NCBI GenBank assembly: GCA_963741885.1
Contig: CAVUJS010000009.1
Location: 54,636-118,635, forward strand
Source: an uncultured Chloroflexia bacterium
GTDB lineage: Bacteria > Chloroflexota > Anaerolineae > Anaerolineales > Anaerolineaceae
DNA: 64,000 nt
Direction: 5' to 3'
Shown here: piece by piece, positions 42,348 through 52,292 of the stretch
How the letters are laid out: every line of letters starts with the position of its first letter
Position numbering within the stretch: the stretch's first letter is position 1
Position numbers and translations under genes: made by a program
The notes under the pieces: model-generated
Databases searched by the model: none
Told to the model about the DNA's origin: nothing
What the model saw: the letters and a program-made list of their open reading frames with translations, nothing else

Positions 42348-43064
42348 GTGTTTCAAGTACCTGAGAATGCAAAGAAAGTGAACGGCAGGGAAGGGCTTTT
42401 AGGGTGGATGGATACCCGCAGCCACCTGGCGAATGATAACGAGGTCGTAATTCAGACCATCAACGGAAACCGCCTGATTGTTCCGCGCGATTTGCTCCGC
42501 GAACAAGGTGATGGTAGTTTTTTTCTGCCATTAACCGCGGATCAGTTGCAAAAAATTGATGCGAAGGGTGCGCAGAAAGAAGCTCTGAAAGGCGACTTGA
42601 AAGCGCGCGCCGCGCAGAAACTCGCGGACCAACAGAAAGCGGCTGAAACCGCACCTGCCCCAGGCGATATTGACCAGGAAGAACTGCTGGTTATCCCTGT
42701 AGTGGTAGAGAAGTTGGACGTGAACAAGGACCTGGTGACCACCGGGCGGATTCGGGTCACGAAAACCGTGCAAGAGCACGAGGAGACCATCGACCAGCCG
42801 GCTTACCGGGAAACCGTTGACGTTAAACGCGTGCCCGTTGATCAGTTTGTCACGGAAGCGCCAGATGTACGCCAGGAAGGGGACACCTTAATTATTCCAG
42901 TCTTGGAAGAGGTCCTGGTGGTAGAAAAGCGACTGAGAGTCAAAGAAGAAATTCGAGTGACTCGCCAGCGCGAACAAATACAAAACCCGCAGAAGGTCAC
43001 CCTGCGTTCTGAAGAGGTCAAGGTAGACCGGATCAAAGCCGATCACGAGCACGATAACAGCTGA
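42348..43064 (+). CDS. DUF2382 (YsnF/AvaK-type) stress-response domain protein
   Basis: GTG start after GGGAGAAAAAG. Duplicated LVIPVVVEKLDVNK...RIRVTK and LIIPVLEEVLVVEKR...IRVTR units. Confidence 0.75.
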   Translation: MFQVPENAKKVNGREGLLGWMDTRSHLANDNEVVIQTINGNRLIVPRDLLREQGDGSFFLPLTADQLQKIDAKGAQKEALKGDLKARAAQKLADQQKAAETAPAPGDIDQEELLVIPVVVEKLDVNKDLVTTGRIRVTKTVQEHEETIDQPAYRETVDVKRVPVDQFVTEAPDVRQEGDTLIIPVLEEVLVVEKRLRVKEEIRVTRQREQIQNPQKVTLRSEEVKVDRIKADHEHDNS

Positions 43065-43231
43065 TCCGCTTTGGTTCTCAGACTGACCTGGATTGAAAAC
43101 GAGCCGCCCGCATTCATTGGCGGGCACCGCGCGCCGGGCTGCGAATACAGCCCGCCCAGTCGAACGTTCAAGTCTCGGCCGATTGGCTGGCTGCGCGGAC
43201 AAGACGAGACCCAAAAGGAGAATTTCTTTAT

Positions 43232-44566
43232 ATGAAGACCGTTGTAGGATTATTCAACAACTTTGATGACGCACAACAGACCGTACGAGCCTTGCGAGAT
43301 GCCGGGTTCCCCAAAGAAAACATCAGCATGATCGCTCGCGATACCAATGGCGACTATACGCGCTATATGGAAGGTACGCGCGCTGGCGATACCCGCAATA
43401 TTGCTCCTGGTACGGCCGATACCCGCGCCAATTATGACACCAACACCAACACCGATACCGGCACCAACGTCGGCGAAGGGACTGCCTGGGGCGCCGGGAT
43501 TGGCGCCGTATTAGGCGGCCTGGGCGGCTTGCTGCTCGGTTTGGGCACCCTGGCGATCCCGGGAATTGGCCCGGTGTTAGCGGCTGGCCCGCTGGCCGGG
43601 ACCCTGGTAGGTGCTGGCGCTGGCGCGGTAACCGGTGGCATCATCGGCGCGCTGGTCGGCCTCGGCATTCCTGAGGAACAGGCCCATGCTTACGCCGAAG
43701 GCATTCGCCGCGGCGGTACCCTGGTTGTCGTGCGCACTGCGGATGAAAACGCTGACAAAGCGTCTGATATCATGAACCGCTTCAACCCGGTAGATATCGA
43801 CCGCACGATGCAGGCCTGGAAGCAGGCGAATTGGAAGGGCTTCAATGAGAACGAGAAACCCTACACTGCGGACCAGATGGAATTCAACCGCGAAGCAGGC
43901 GTGCCGGTTACCGGCCGCGACCGTGACATGGACGTCGAAAAAGACGTTACCATTCCGGTAGTTGAAGAGCGCATGAACGTTGGAAAACGCGAAGTGCCCA
44001 CCGGCGGCGTGAAGGTACATACCTACGTCGAGCAGAAGCCGATTGAAAAAGAAGTCAACCTGCGCAAGGAAGAAGTTGATGTAGAGCGCCGCCCGGTGAA
44101 TCGCCCGGCGACCGAAGCTGACATCAACGCTTTCAAAGAAGGCACCATGGAATTCACCGAGAAGGAAGAGAAAGTTGTTTCTGAGAAGAAACCTTTCGTG
44201 GTGGAAGAAGTACACGTTGAAAAAGACGTGGAAAATGAACCCACAACCGTCCGGGATACGCTCCGTGAAGAGCACGTAGAAGTTGAACACTTCGACGAGG
44301 CTGCTTTCAACCGCGCAGAACCCATGTTCCGCCGCAACTTCCAGGACCGCTTTGCGAATTGGGGCGGGCGCTATGAGGACTTCCGTCCTGCGTACCGCTA
44401 CGGCTATGGCCTGGGCGCGAACCAGCAGTATAACAACTATGACTGGAACCGCCTGGAACCTGTTGCCCAGAAAGATTGGCAGCGCCGGGGAATGACCGGT
44501 AACTGGAACGACTATCGCGACGCTGTTCGCTACGGTTGGGAAACCTATCGCGGCAACCGCGGATAA
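43232..44566 (+). CDS. General-stress-protein-17M-like N-domain + glycine-zipper membrane segment + DUF2382 domain
   Basis: MKTVVGLFNNFDDAQQTVRALRDAGFPKENISMIARD. GAGIGAVLGGLGGLLLGLG...GIPEEQAHAYAEGIRRGGTLVVV. IPVVEERMNVGKREV. Tail is YRYGYGLG... Confidence 0.8.
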   Translation: MKTVVGLFNNFDDAQQTVRALRDAGFPKENISMIARDTNGDYTRYMEGTRAGDTRNIAPGTADTRANYDTNTNTDTGTNVGEGTAWGAGIGAVLGGLGGLLLGLGTLAIPGIGPVLAAGPLAGTLVGAGAGAVTGGIIGALVGLGIPEEQAHAYAEGIRRGGTLVVVRTADENADKASDIMNRFNPVDIDRTMQAWKQANWKGFNENEKPYTADQMEFNREAGVPVTGRDRDMDVEKDVTIPVVEERMNVGKREVPTGGVKVHTYVEQKPIEKEVNLRKEEVDVERRPVNRPATEADINAFKEGTMEFTEKEEKVVSEKKPFVVEEVHVEKDVENEPTTVRDTLREEHVEVEHFDEAAFNRAEPMFRRNFQDRFANWGGRYEDFRPAYRYGYGLGANQQYNNYDWNRLEPVAQKDWQRRGMTGNWNDYRDAVRYGWETYRGNRG

Positions 44567-44779
44567 AATAGTCAGCGAGGGTTGTCCAAACCTCGGGTTT
44601 GGGCGACCCTTTTCGTAAACTTTCACGATATCAAAATGCGGAACGGCACTGCCTGCCGTTCCGCATTTTGATCTAAAAGGCTGCATTTGTGGGAATGTCC
44701 TACTGCGATAAAGGGTGACTCCGCATTGAACCGGGCAGTGCTTAACGGTTTAATAGATGATATATACAGGAGGTAAGAA

Positions 44780-45790
44780 ATGCGAACTGTAGTAGCTCTG
44801 TTTGATCGATTTGAAGATGCACAAATGGCAGTTCAAGCCCTGCGCGATGCAGGCTTTAACCGCACAAACATTAACTTAATTGCCCGCGATGCGACGGGCG
44901 AGTATGGCCGTTTCTTGAAAACCACCCCAGGCGCGACGGACCAGGGCACGGCTGTCGATGAAGGCACAGCCGTCGGTGAAGGAACCGCGGCGGGCGCTGG
45001 CATCGGCGCGGTGTTGGGCGGGCTGGGCGGTTTCTTGCTCGGCCTGGGCGCGCTGGCGATCCCGGGGATTGGCCCGGTGATTGCGGCTGGACCGATTGTG
45101 GCCGGGCTGGCTGGCGCTGGCGTAGGCGCAGTGACCGGCGGGCTGATCGGCGCGCTGGTTGGTCTGGGCATTCCCGAAGAACACGCCAATTACTATGCCG
45201 AGGGCATTCGCCGCGGCGGTACGCTGGTGACCATCAGCGCGCCGGATGAGCGGGCCGATGAGGCGCGCGACATCCTCAATAACTTCAACCCGGTGGATAT
45301 TGAAACGCGGGCCAAGGCCTGGCAAAATAACAACTGGGGCGGCTTTAATGAAACCGCCGGACCCCTCCCGGCAGACCAGATGGAATTCAACCGGGTCAAG
45401 ACCTTTGACGCGGGCAGGGGCGCCCCGGAACATGCCCGGACCCCGATGCATGAAGATATCCCGGTGACTGGTCCGGTTACCGGCGCGCCGACGGTGGGCA
45501 ATGCGCGGGTGAATGCGCCCGGCTCCGCCATGGATTGGAACTACTATGACCAGGATTTCCGCACGCACTACCAGAACAGCTTTGCCACCAGCGGCCGGGA
45601 CTACACCTATTACCAGCCGGCTTACCGCTATGGCTACGACCTGGCCAACAACCCGCAGTACCGCGGATATGACTGGAACCGCATCGAACCGATTGCGCGC
45701 CAGAACTATCAGCAGCAGGGCATTCAGGGCGCCTGGGACGACGTAAAAGACGCCGTCCGCCACGCCTGGAACTCAGTCACCAATTCGTAA
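44780..45790 (+). CDS. Paralogous GSP17M-like + glycine-zipper stress protein (no DUF2382)
   Basis: MRTVVALFDRFEDAQMAVQALRDAGFNRTNINLIARD, the same glycine-zipper block and the same C-terminal YRYGYDLANNPQYRGYDWNRIEP motif as the upstream gene. Confidence 0.8.
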   Translation: MRTVVALFDRFEDAQMAVQALRDAGFNRTNINLIARDATGEYGRFLKTTPGATDQGTAVDEGTAVGEGTAAGAGIGAVLGGLGGFLLGLGALAIPGIGPVIAAGPIVAGLAGAGVGAVTGGLIGALVGLGIPEEHANYYAEGIRRGGTLVTISAPDERADEARDILNNFNPVDIETRAKAWQNNNWGGFNETAGPLPADQMEFNRVKTFDAGRGAPEHARTPMHEDIPVTGPVTGAPTVGNARVNAPGSAMDWNYYDQDFRTHYQNSFATSGRDYTYYQPAYRYGYDLANNPQYRGYDWNRIEPIARQNYQQQGIQGAWDDVKDAVRHAWNSVTNS

Positions 45791-45808
45791 CCGTTTTAGA
45801 TTAAAAAT

Positions 45809-45836
45809 AAAGGCCGGCTAATCAGCCGGCCTTTTA
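45809..45836 (+). terminator. Intrinsic terminator
   Basis: AAAGGCCGGC-TAATCA-GCCGGCCTTTT. Confidence 0.8.
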
Positions 45837-46024
45837 ATTTGTAAACAAATATTGGGTAATTCACCCCTGAATGTGGCAAAAGCGCGTAGACGCGCTGGTA
45901 CATTCCATGCAACTGGGTTAATCCTGCGGTTGATAGGAATCTGAAAGGTATTTCTGGAATTCTTTGGCGTTATTTCCGTTATAAAATGTAGATTACTCTG
46001 CGGGGTTAGAGAATAGAGAAACCA

Positions 46025-48469
46025 ATGCTGCTGCGACGAAGTTCATTTTGGTGGGGCTGGGCACTGGCGGCTGGCTCGTTACTGCTGGCGTACCTGGGTT
46101 TCGTGCTGCTGATTACCCAACCCTTCCAGCGCATGGTTTTGGCCGATATCGCTGCACCTTTGATTGATTTACTGGCTGTGGGCGGGCTGCTGCGCGCGGC
46201 ATGGGTGCTGCACAACCGGGATAATCCCTTCGAGCGGCGCATGGCGATGGTCTGGATGGTGCTGGGGTTGGCCCAGTTGTACACCGCGCTGGGTGACCTG
46301 GTCTGGATGTTGTACGAGAGCATCTTCCATATTCCTGCCAGCCCCTCCATCGCCGATGTCCTTTATCTCCTCTTTTACCCGACCTTCCTGCTCGGCCTGA
46401 TTCTGATCCCCACCCGGCAGCGCTCTAAGCACGAGTGGATCAAGGTCGGCATTGATATGGGGATTGTGGTGCTGGTGGCGCTGCTGGTAGGCGGGAACTA
46501 CATCCTCGGCGCTCAAGCGCAAGGCCAGCAGGTTTCTCCATTATTAATGATGATCAACCTCTCCTACCCGGTCGGCGACCTGGCCCTGCTGGTGGCGCTG
46601 CTGTTTGCGCTGTCCTACCTGAGCGGCATCCGCTGGCGCGCGCCAATGCTGATCCTGGCGGTTGGGCTGCTGTTCATCGTGATTTTCGACCTGCTCTACG
46701 GCATGGATTGGACCCGCAATCCTTACCAGACTGGCAACCTGGTTGACCTGCCCTATGTCTTCGGTAATTTCCTGATCGGTTTAGGCGGCATTGTGCAGGC
46801 GGAGTGGAAATTAAAGGATAAAGCTGAACCAGCAGAGGATGCGGAGAGCAAGGAGCCCATCTGGCTGAGTTACCTGCCGTACTTTTGGGTACTGGCAGCC
46901 TATATCCTGCTGGTTTCCGGCGATATGCGCTTTTTGCCGATGCAGCCGATCATGGTGGAGATGATCGTGGGGCTGGTCATGTGCCTGGTGGTGCTGCGCC
47001 AGGTGCTGGAGATGTATGAGAATCGCGAACTTTCCAGTCATTTGCAGCGTGCCCTGACGCAGCTGGGCGACCAGGCGGTGACCCTGGAGCAAACCAACCA
47101 GGAAATGCAGGCGGAAATCCTGGAGCGGCGGCGGGTGGAAGAACGCCTGATGCACGATGCCCTGCATGACGCCCTGACAGGCCTGCCGAACCGCACCTTG
47201 TTTCTCGACCGCCTGGGCCAGGCAGCGCGCAAGAAAAAACGCAGCCCCGCCTTTACCTATGTGGTGCTGTTCCTCGACCTGGACAGCTTTAAAGTAGTCA
47301 ATGACAGCCTGGGGCATATCACCGGTGACCGTCTGCTGATGCGCATCGCCAACATCTTGAGCGCCTGCGTGCGGGGCAGCGACACCGTGGCCCGCCTGGG
47401 CGGGGATGAGTTTGTCATCCTGCTGGAAGATTTGAGCAGCCCCGAAGTGGCGACCAATACCGCCGACCGCATGCAGCGCGAATTAAACAAACCCATGCAG
47501 TTGGAAGGGGTGCGCGTGTTTGTTTCCGTCAGTATTGGCATCGTCGAAAACGTGGACTCCTACGAGCACCCCGAAGATGTGCTGCGCGACGCCGACCTGG
47601 CGATGTATCAGGCCAAGTCGCGCGGCAAGGCGCGTTATGAAATCTTCAACTCGAGCATGCGCGCCAGCGCGATTTCACGCATGCTGTTGGAAAACGATAT
47701 GCGCCGCGCGTTAGAGAGTCATGAGTTTGTGCTGCATTACCAGCCTATCCTGACCCTGCCCGAAAAGCGCCTGGATGGGTTTGAGGCGTTGGTGCGCTGG
47801 CAGCACCCCGACCGCGGCCTGATCCAGCCGCTGGAGTTTATCCCGCTGGCGGAGGAGACCGGGTTGATCCTGCCCCTGGGGAAGTGGATTCTTTCGGCGG
47901 CCTGTCACCAGGCCTATGAATGGCAGATGCGCTTCCCGGAAGCGCCGGGCATGAAGGTGAACGTTAATATCTCTGGGCGGCAGATCAAGCAGCCGGACTT
48001 CGTCCTGATGGTGGCGCAGGTGCTGCAAGATTCGCACCTCGACCCGCGCCGCCTGGTGCTGGAGGTGACCGAAACCGTCTGCCTGGACAACCTGGCGACG
48101 GTGGTGGCGACGCTGGAAGCGCTGCAAAGGCTGGGCGTGGAAACGCAGATCGATGACTTTGGTACGGGGTATTCTTCCTTAAGCTACTTGCAGCGCCTGC
48201 CGATCCATTCGATCAAAATCGACCGCTCTTTCATTCACACCATCGACAGTAAAACTGGCAGCGCACCCGATATGGTGCGGGCGATCTTTTCGATGGTCAA
48301 TAACCTGGGCATTAAAGCCGTGGCAGAAGGCATCGAAACCCTGCCGCAGCTGGAAGAACTCACCCGCCTGCACTGTGATTATGTACAGGGCTATTTACTG
48401 GCGCACCCCATGGACTCTTTGAACCTTGAGAAATGGCTGCTCGACAACCCGGCTTCCCCTTGCAGCTGA
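46025..48469 (+). CDS. Membrane sensor GGDEF-EAL protein
   Basis: About 9 TM helices and a coiled coil. RLGGDEFVILL (GGDEF). EAL domain with EALVRW, DDFGTGYSSL and EGIE. Confidence 0.9.
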   Translation: MLLRRSSFWWGWALAAGSLLLAYLGFVLLITQPFQRMVLADIAAPLIDLLAVGGLLRAAWVLHNRDNPFERRMAMVWMVLGLAQLYTALGDLVWMLYESIFHIPASPSIADVLYLLFYPTFLLGLILIPTRQRSKHEWIKVGIDMGIVVLVALLVGGNYILGAQAQGQQVSPLLMMINLSYPVGDLALLVALLFALSYLSGIRWRAPMLILAVGLLFIVIFDLLYGMDWTRNPYQTGNLVDLPYVFGNFLIGLGGIVQAEWKLKDKAEPAEDAESKEPIWLSYLPYFWVLAAYILLVSGDMRFLPMQPIMVEMIVGLVMCLVVLRQVLEMYENRELSSHLQRALTQLGDQAVTLEQTNQEMQAEILERRRVEERLMHDALHDALTGLPNRTLFLDRLGQAARKKKRSPAFTYVVLFLDLDSFKVVNDSLGHITGDRLLMRIANILSACVRGSDTVARLGGDEFVILLEDLSSPEVATNTADRMQRELNKPMQLEGVRVFVSVSIGIVENVDSYEHPEDVLRDADLAMYQAKSRGKARYEIFNSSMRASAISRMLLENDMRRALESHEFVLHYQPILTLPEKRLDGFEALVRWQHPDRGLIQPLEFIPLAEETGLILPLGKWILSAACHQAYEWQMRFPEAPGMKVNVNISGRQIKQPDFVLMVAQVLQDSHLDPRRLVLEVTETVCLDNLATVVATLEALQRLGVETQIDDFGTGYSSLSYLQRLPIHSIKIDRSFIHTIDSKTGSAPDMVRAIFSMVNNLGIKAVAEGIETLPQLEELTRLHCDYVQGYLLAHPMDSLNLEKWLLDNPASPCS

Positions 48470-48705
48470 ATTGGATAAATGGTGATTAATTTCACAAGGA
48501 TCAAGGATAAAAATAGTTGCTTCCCCAGATTAGAAAAGGTACAATAATTTCTTAGGAGCTATGATCCTGGCTGGAGGCATGGCTGCCTGATTGATTTACC
48601 TTAGCGTTGATCAAAACCTTCGAAACCCCCGCCTGATCCAAACAGCGCGACCAGCAAATCGGTACGCGCTGAATGTGGCAGCAAAATTTGAAATGAGAAA
48701 ATCCA

Positions 48706-50112
48706 ATGAACGAGCGTAAAAAACCCGTTTTTTCGCACGACGCAGGCAGCAGTCCGAACCGTACCGAGGCCCGCGAACCTTATCGAGTAGGTGTCTTTTT
48801 CTCCCGTTTACTATCGGCGCATGTGCTCACCCCTTATTTGCAGAAGATGACGGATCGCTACCTGCGGCTTGAACCGGCCAAATTAAAGTCCCTGCCTGGG
48901 CCGCAGCCAGGGAAGGGCTATACCTTATACATCCATATCCCCTTTTGCGAGAGCCTGTGCCCTTACTGCTCCTTCAACCGCTTCCTTTTTGACAGGGAAC
49001 AGGCGCTGGACTATTTCAAGCATCTGCGGGAAGAACTGCGCATGGCGCAGCGCCTGGGTTACCACTTCACCTCGCTGTACATTGGCGGCGGCACGCCCAC
49101 CATTTTGATTGATGAGCTGTGCGAGACGATCGACCTGGCCCGCGCGCTCTTTCCCATCGGCGAAGTCTCCTGTGAGACCAACCCCAACCACCTGATTCCA
49201 GCCTATATTGAGAAACTGTCCGGGCGCGTGCAGCGCCTGTCGGTGGGCGTGCAGTCTTTTGAGGATGATCTGCTGAAAGAGATGGGCCGCTTCCAGAAGT
49301 TTGGCTCGGGCAGCGAGATTGTCGAGAAGATCCGCGCGGCAGCGCCCTACTTCCCTTCGCTGAACGTGGATATGATCTATAACTTCCCCAACCAGAGCGA
49401 GGAAATCTTGCGCCGCGATGTGCAAATGGTGATCGATTCGGGCGCGCAGCAGGTGACCTTCTACCCGTTGATGACTTCCCCGTCTGTAGCGAAACTGTTG
49501 GACCGTTCGGTGGGGCGCGTGGATTACCGGCGCGAGGCGCGTTATTATGAGATCGTGCTGGAGGCGCTGGGCGGGGAGTTCAAGCCTATGTCGGCCTGGA
49601 CCTTCCTGCGCAAGGGCACCGGTATGCTGGACGAATATATCGTGGAGAGCGAGGAGTACGTGGGGCTGGGCTCGGGCGCGTTTAGCTTCCTGGACGGCAC
49701 GCTGTACGTCAATACCTTCTCCCTGCGGGAATACCGCCGCGCAATCGAAGCCGGGTCCATGTCCGTCTCGGCCTGCCAGGTCTACGGCAAGCGCGAGCAG
49801 ATGCGCTACCGCTTTATGATGGAATTGTTCAGCCTGCGCTTTGACCGGGCGCGCTTCCAGCGCAGTTTTAAGACCCCGGCGGAGTGGGGCCTGTTCTTCG
49901 AGATGCTCTTTATGGGCCTGGCGGGTTCGTTCGCGCGCATCACGCGCGATGCGCTGTTTCTGACCCCGCGCGGCAAGTACCTGGCAGTGGTGATGATGCG
50001 CGAATTCTTCTCTGGCGTGAATAATGTGCGCGACGAAGCGCGCAAAGCCCTCTCTGAGGACGAGCGTATGTGCGCCTTCCCGCTCAAAGGCAAGCAGGTG
50101 ACGGTGCATTAA
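48706..50112 (+). CDS. Radical SAM enzyme, HemN/HemZ-like coproporphyrinogen-III-oxidase family
   Basis: CESLCPYCSF (CxxxCxxC), GGGTPT, and a HemN_C-like tail. Confidence 0.88.
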   Translation: MNERKKPVFSHDAGSSPNRTEAREPYRVGVFFSRLLSAHVLTPYLQKMTDRYLRLEPAKLKSLPGPQPGKGYTLYIHIPFCESLCPYCSFNRFLFDREQALDYFKHLREELRMAQRLGYHFTSLYIGGGTPTILIDELCETIDLARALFPIGEVSCETNPNHLIPAYIEKLSGRVQRLSVGVQSFEDDLLKEMGRFQKFGSGSEIVEKIRAAAPYFPSLNVDMIYNFPNQSEEILRRDVQMVIDSGAQQVTFYPLMTSPSVAKLLDRSVGRVDYRREARYYEIVLEALGGEFKPMSAWTFLRKGTGMLDEYIVESEEYVGLGSGAFSFLDGTLYVNTFSLREYRRAIEAGSMSVSACQVYGKREQMRYRFMMELFSLRFDRARFQRSFKTPAEWGLFFEMLFMGLAGSFARITRDALFLTPRGKYLAVVMMREFFSGVNNVRDEARKALSEDERMCAFPLKGKQVTVH

Positions 50113-50327
50113 GCAAAAGCCCGGTTCCATTCTGGAACGACTCACGCCCCTGCTGAACTCCGGGGCGGGAAAGGCCGTCCCCGAATGCGGTTGTGCCGCA
50201 AAACGAATAAGCGCATCAAACAGGGCGAGGGGAGGTTCCTTTCGAAAGCCAATGATCATTCGCGGATGAACCCAAGCCATCCTCGGCCTATTTTATTCGT
50301 TTATTCGCTTCTGCCATTCGTGGACGG
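50074..50327. repeat. Direct repeat, copy 1 (last 39 bp of the radical SAM gene + spacer + MITE-like element 50175..50327)
   Basis: About 94% identical by hand alignment to 54593..54845. The two copies bracket the AT-rich island. Confidence 0.9.
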
Positions 50328-50403
50328 TTTTGCCACACCCCGCAGGGCGCTTGCGTTATAAAAATAGCTTCCGGTTTTACAAAAAATCCTCACCCCCGGC
50401 CCC

Positions 50404-51884
50404 CATAGGCGCTAACTTATGGTTGTCCATTAAGCTGCACAAAGCATTGCCAATTGAGAGCGAGCCACCGCAAGCTGCTGACGGCGTTTTCTGGGAGAGC
50501 CACACAGGTACCTTTCGAGCAGGGCGAGCTTCCCCAAAACCTGTTGCCAACTGGGCAGTTCGCCAATGACCCAAGACAGGAGGGTGTGGATCAAGTAGGT
50601 GTCCAGGCGCCAAATGCTGATCGGGCGATCCAGGTCGTCAAACAAATCCGGTACCTGTTGGGCGATTTCCGAGCGCAAACCATCGACCAAAATGGCGGCC
50701 AGGAGTTTGGTCAGCAAGTAGGTTTGCGCCAGGTCATTATTCTGAGCGCGCAGGTGATCCAGGTCCAACAAGCTTTTCATGCGTTTGAAATACAGCTCAA
50801 TTTGCCAGCGCCAGCGATACAGCGCCAAGACTTGTTCGCTAGACCAGCCTTGGGCCGGTAAGTTAGTGAGGAGGATGACAAACCCGACGGCGTACAGGTT
50901 CTTCTCCATCGGTTGATGTTTTTTCTTGCGGCTGTTCTTGCGCGCGCGTTCACGGGCTTTTTCCGCTTTTTCGGGTGGCAAGGGACAGGCCACCAGGCGC
51001 ACCGGCTGCAGCCCTTGCGCGCCAGGCAGCCACACCTGCGTTTCCGCCGGGTCAGTCGCTCCTTGCGGAAAGGTAGCTTTGAGCCAGGCGATGATGTCGA
51101 ACTTCTCTCCCGCTTGGCTATAGACCGGCATGGTATTCCACTGCTCGCGCGTGACAAACTTGGCCCCGGCCTGCAAGGCCTTTTCCAGGCCACGGGTGCG
51201 GGTATAACCGCTATCCGCCAGATAGATGTCCTGGTCGCTCAGCGAAAAGTTGCCAAAGCCTTCGCCGCCATGTTCATCGGTGAGGATCACTTGATCAATG
51301 CGCATCTGGTCGAGATCCATCGACACATGCAGCCGCCAATCGGTGCCCTGGCTCTTGGGTTTGGAGATCACGCTGGCATCCAGGATTTTGAGATGCAGCG
51401 CCGCTTGGGACGGGAATTGGATGCCGTTCTGCTGTAGCAGTTGCACCGCCAGTGCGCCCAGCCAGGCTGGCATGCCTTGTAGGCGTCGCATCAGATCCAC
51501 ATCCGAGATATTGCAGATCTCTAACAGGGTCGCCATCAGCGCGGTTTGCCGTAATGACCAATCCGGCAAGCTATACAGAAACGCCAATTGTAAGAGCGCT
51601 TCCGCGCTGCGGATCTCACGGCAGCGCAGCAAGGCCGCATGTTGCTTGGCGCTTTGATCTAGATCGTCTGGCAGTCTTTGTTTCACCCTTTCCCATTTCT
51701 CATTCAGCAACGGATGACTGCTCGTGGCTGTTGCCGCTACGGGTTGATCGAAGATTTGAACTGTGCTACACTCCACCTTGACCTCCTGGGTTTGATTTTG
51801 GTTTTGAGCAGCTTAATCTTACCCTAGAGGTCATTTTTGTCGTATCTGTTTGTTTCCGTTCAGAACCATAAGTTAGCGCCTATG
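50404..51884 (-). mobile_element. IS4-family insertion sequence (1481 bp) with 21-bp perfect TIRs and an 11-bp target-site duplication
   Basis: TIR CATAGGCGCTAACTTATGGTT at 50404-50424, with its reverse complement at 51864-51884. Flanking CCCCCGGCCCC at 50393-50403 and 51885-51895. Confidence 0.9.
50430..51776 (-). CDS. IS4-family DDE transposase
   Basis: 448 aa. YRWRWQIELYFKRMK (Y-2-R-3-E-6-K signature of the IS4 family). Fills the IS between the TIRs. Confidence 0.9.
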   Translation of the reverse strand: MECSTVQIFDQPVAATATSSHPLLNEKWERVKQRLPDDLDQSAKQHAALLRCREIRSAEALLQLAFLYSLPDWSLRQTALMATLLEICNISDVDLMRRLQGMPAWLGALAVQLLQQNGIQFPSQAALHLKILDASVISKPKSQGTDWRLHVSMDLDQMRIDQVILTDEHGGEGFGNFSLSDQDIYLADSGYTRTRGLEKALQAGAKFVTREQWNTMPVYSQAGEKFDIIAWLKATFPQGATDPAETQVWLPGAQGLQPVRLVACPLPPEKAEKARERARKNSRKKKHQPMEKNLYAVGFVILLTNLPAQGWSSEQVLALYRWRWQIELYFKRMKSLLDLDHLRAQNNDLAQTYLLTKLLAAILVDGLRSEIAQQVPDLFDDLDRPISIWRLDTYLIHTLLSWVIGELPSWQQVLGKLALLERYLCGSPRKRRQQLAVARSQLAMLCAA

Positions 51885-52140
51885 CCCCCGGCCCCTCTCC
51901 ATTTTCGCCAAAGCTCGAAAACGGAGGGGTGCCTTTTAATGGTGCGAAAATTCGCCCGATTTCTGCCTCCCCTCTCCGAAACCTGCCGGTTTTGCAGGTT
52001 TTGGAGAGGGGATCGAGAGGTGAGGATTTTGTTTGTTACGCTGAGCATAACCTCCATACGGCGAACGCGGTTCGCCGCAAGGAACGGTTGCCCAACGCAA
52101 GGAGAAAGGGCGGCGAACCGTGGGGTGAGGATTTTATGCG
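51885..52140. repeat. Mosaic hairpin repeat cluster (right half of the element interrupted by the IS)
   Basis: CTCTCCATTTTCGCCAAAGCTCGAAAACGGAGGGG, CCCCTCTCCGAAACCTGCCGGTTTTGCAGGTTTTGGAGAGGGG, CGGTTCGCCGCAAGGAACGGTTGCCCAACGCAAGGAGAAAGGGCGGCGAACCG, GGGTGAGGATTTT. Collinear with the uninterrupted copy at 56715..56955. Confidence 0.85.
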
Positions 52141-52292
52141 CATTCGCCCTGGTTACCCCGGCTGCGGGATTGATTTTTGAGTGTGGTATATAATCATATG
52201 ATCAATTGGTTTGGAAAATGCTTTTATATTCCAGCCCGGCTGGTAATCGATTATTGAATATCGGAGATATTGAGTCCAGGACTTGAGGTTCT

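Noticed and set aside
43577-45763. 369-aa and 295-aa minus-strand ORFs (43577..44686, 44876..45763)
   Set aside because: They are antisense to the two paralogous stress-protein genes, whose paralogy validates the plus-strand frames.
48925-50280. 451-aa ORF on the minus strand
   Set aside because: It is antisense to the radical SAM gene, which has a clear CxxxCxxC motif. The composition is shadow-ORF-like, and its 5' part runs through the MITE-like repeat.
50454-51437. Plus-strand ORFs inside the IS (50454..50861, 50913..51437)
   Set aside because: They are antisense to the uninterrupted transposase gene carrying the IS4 YREK signature.
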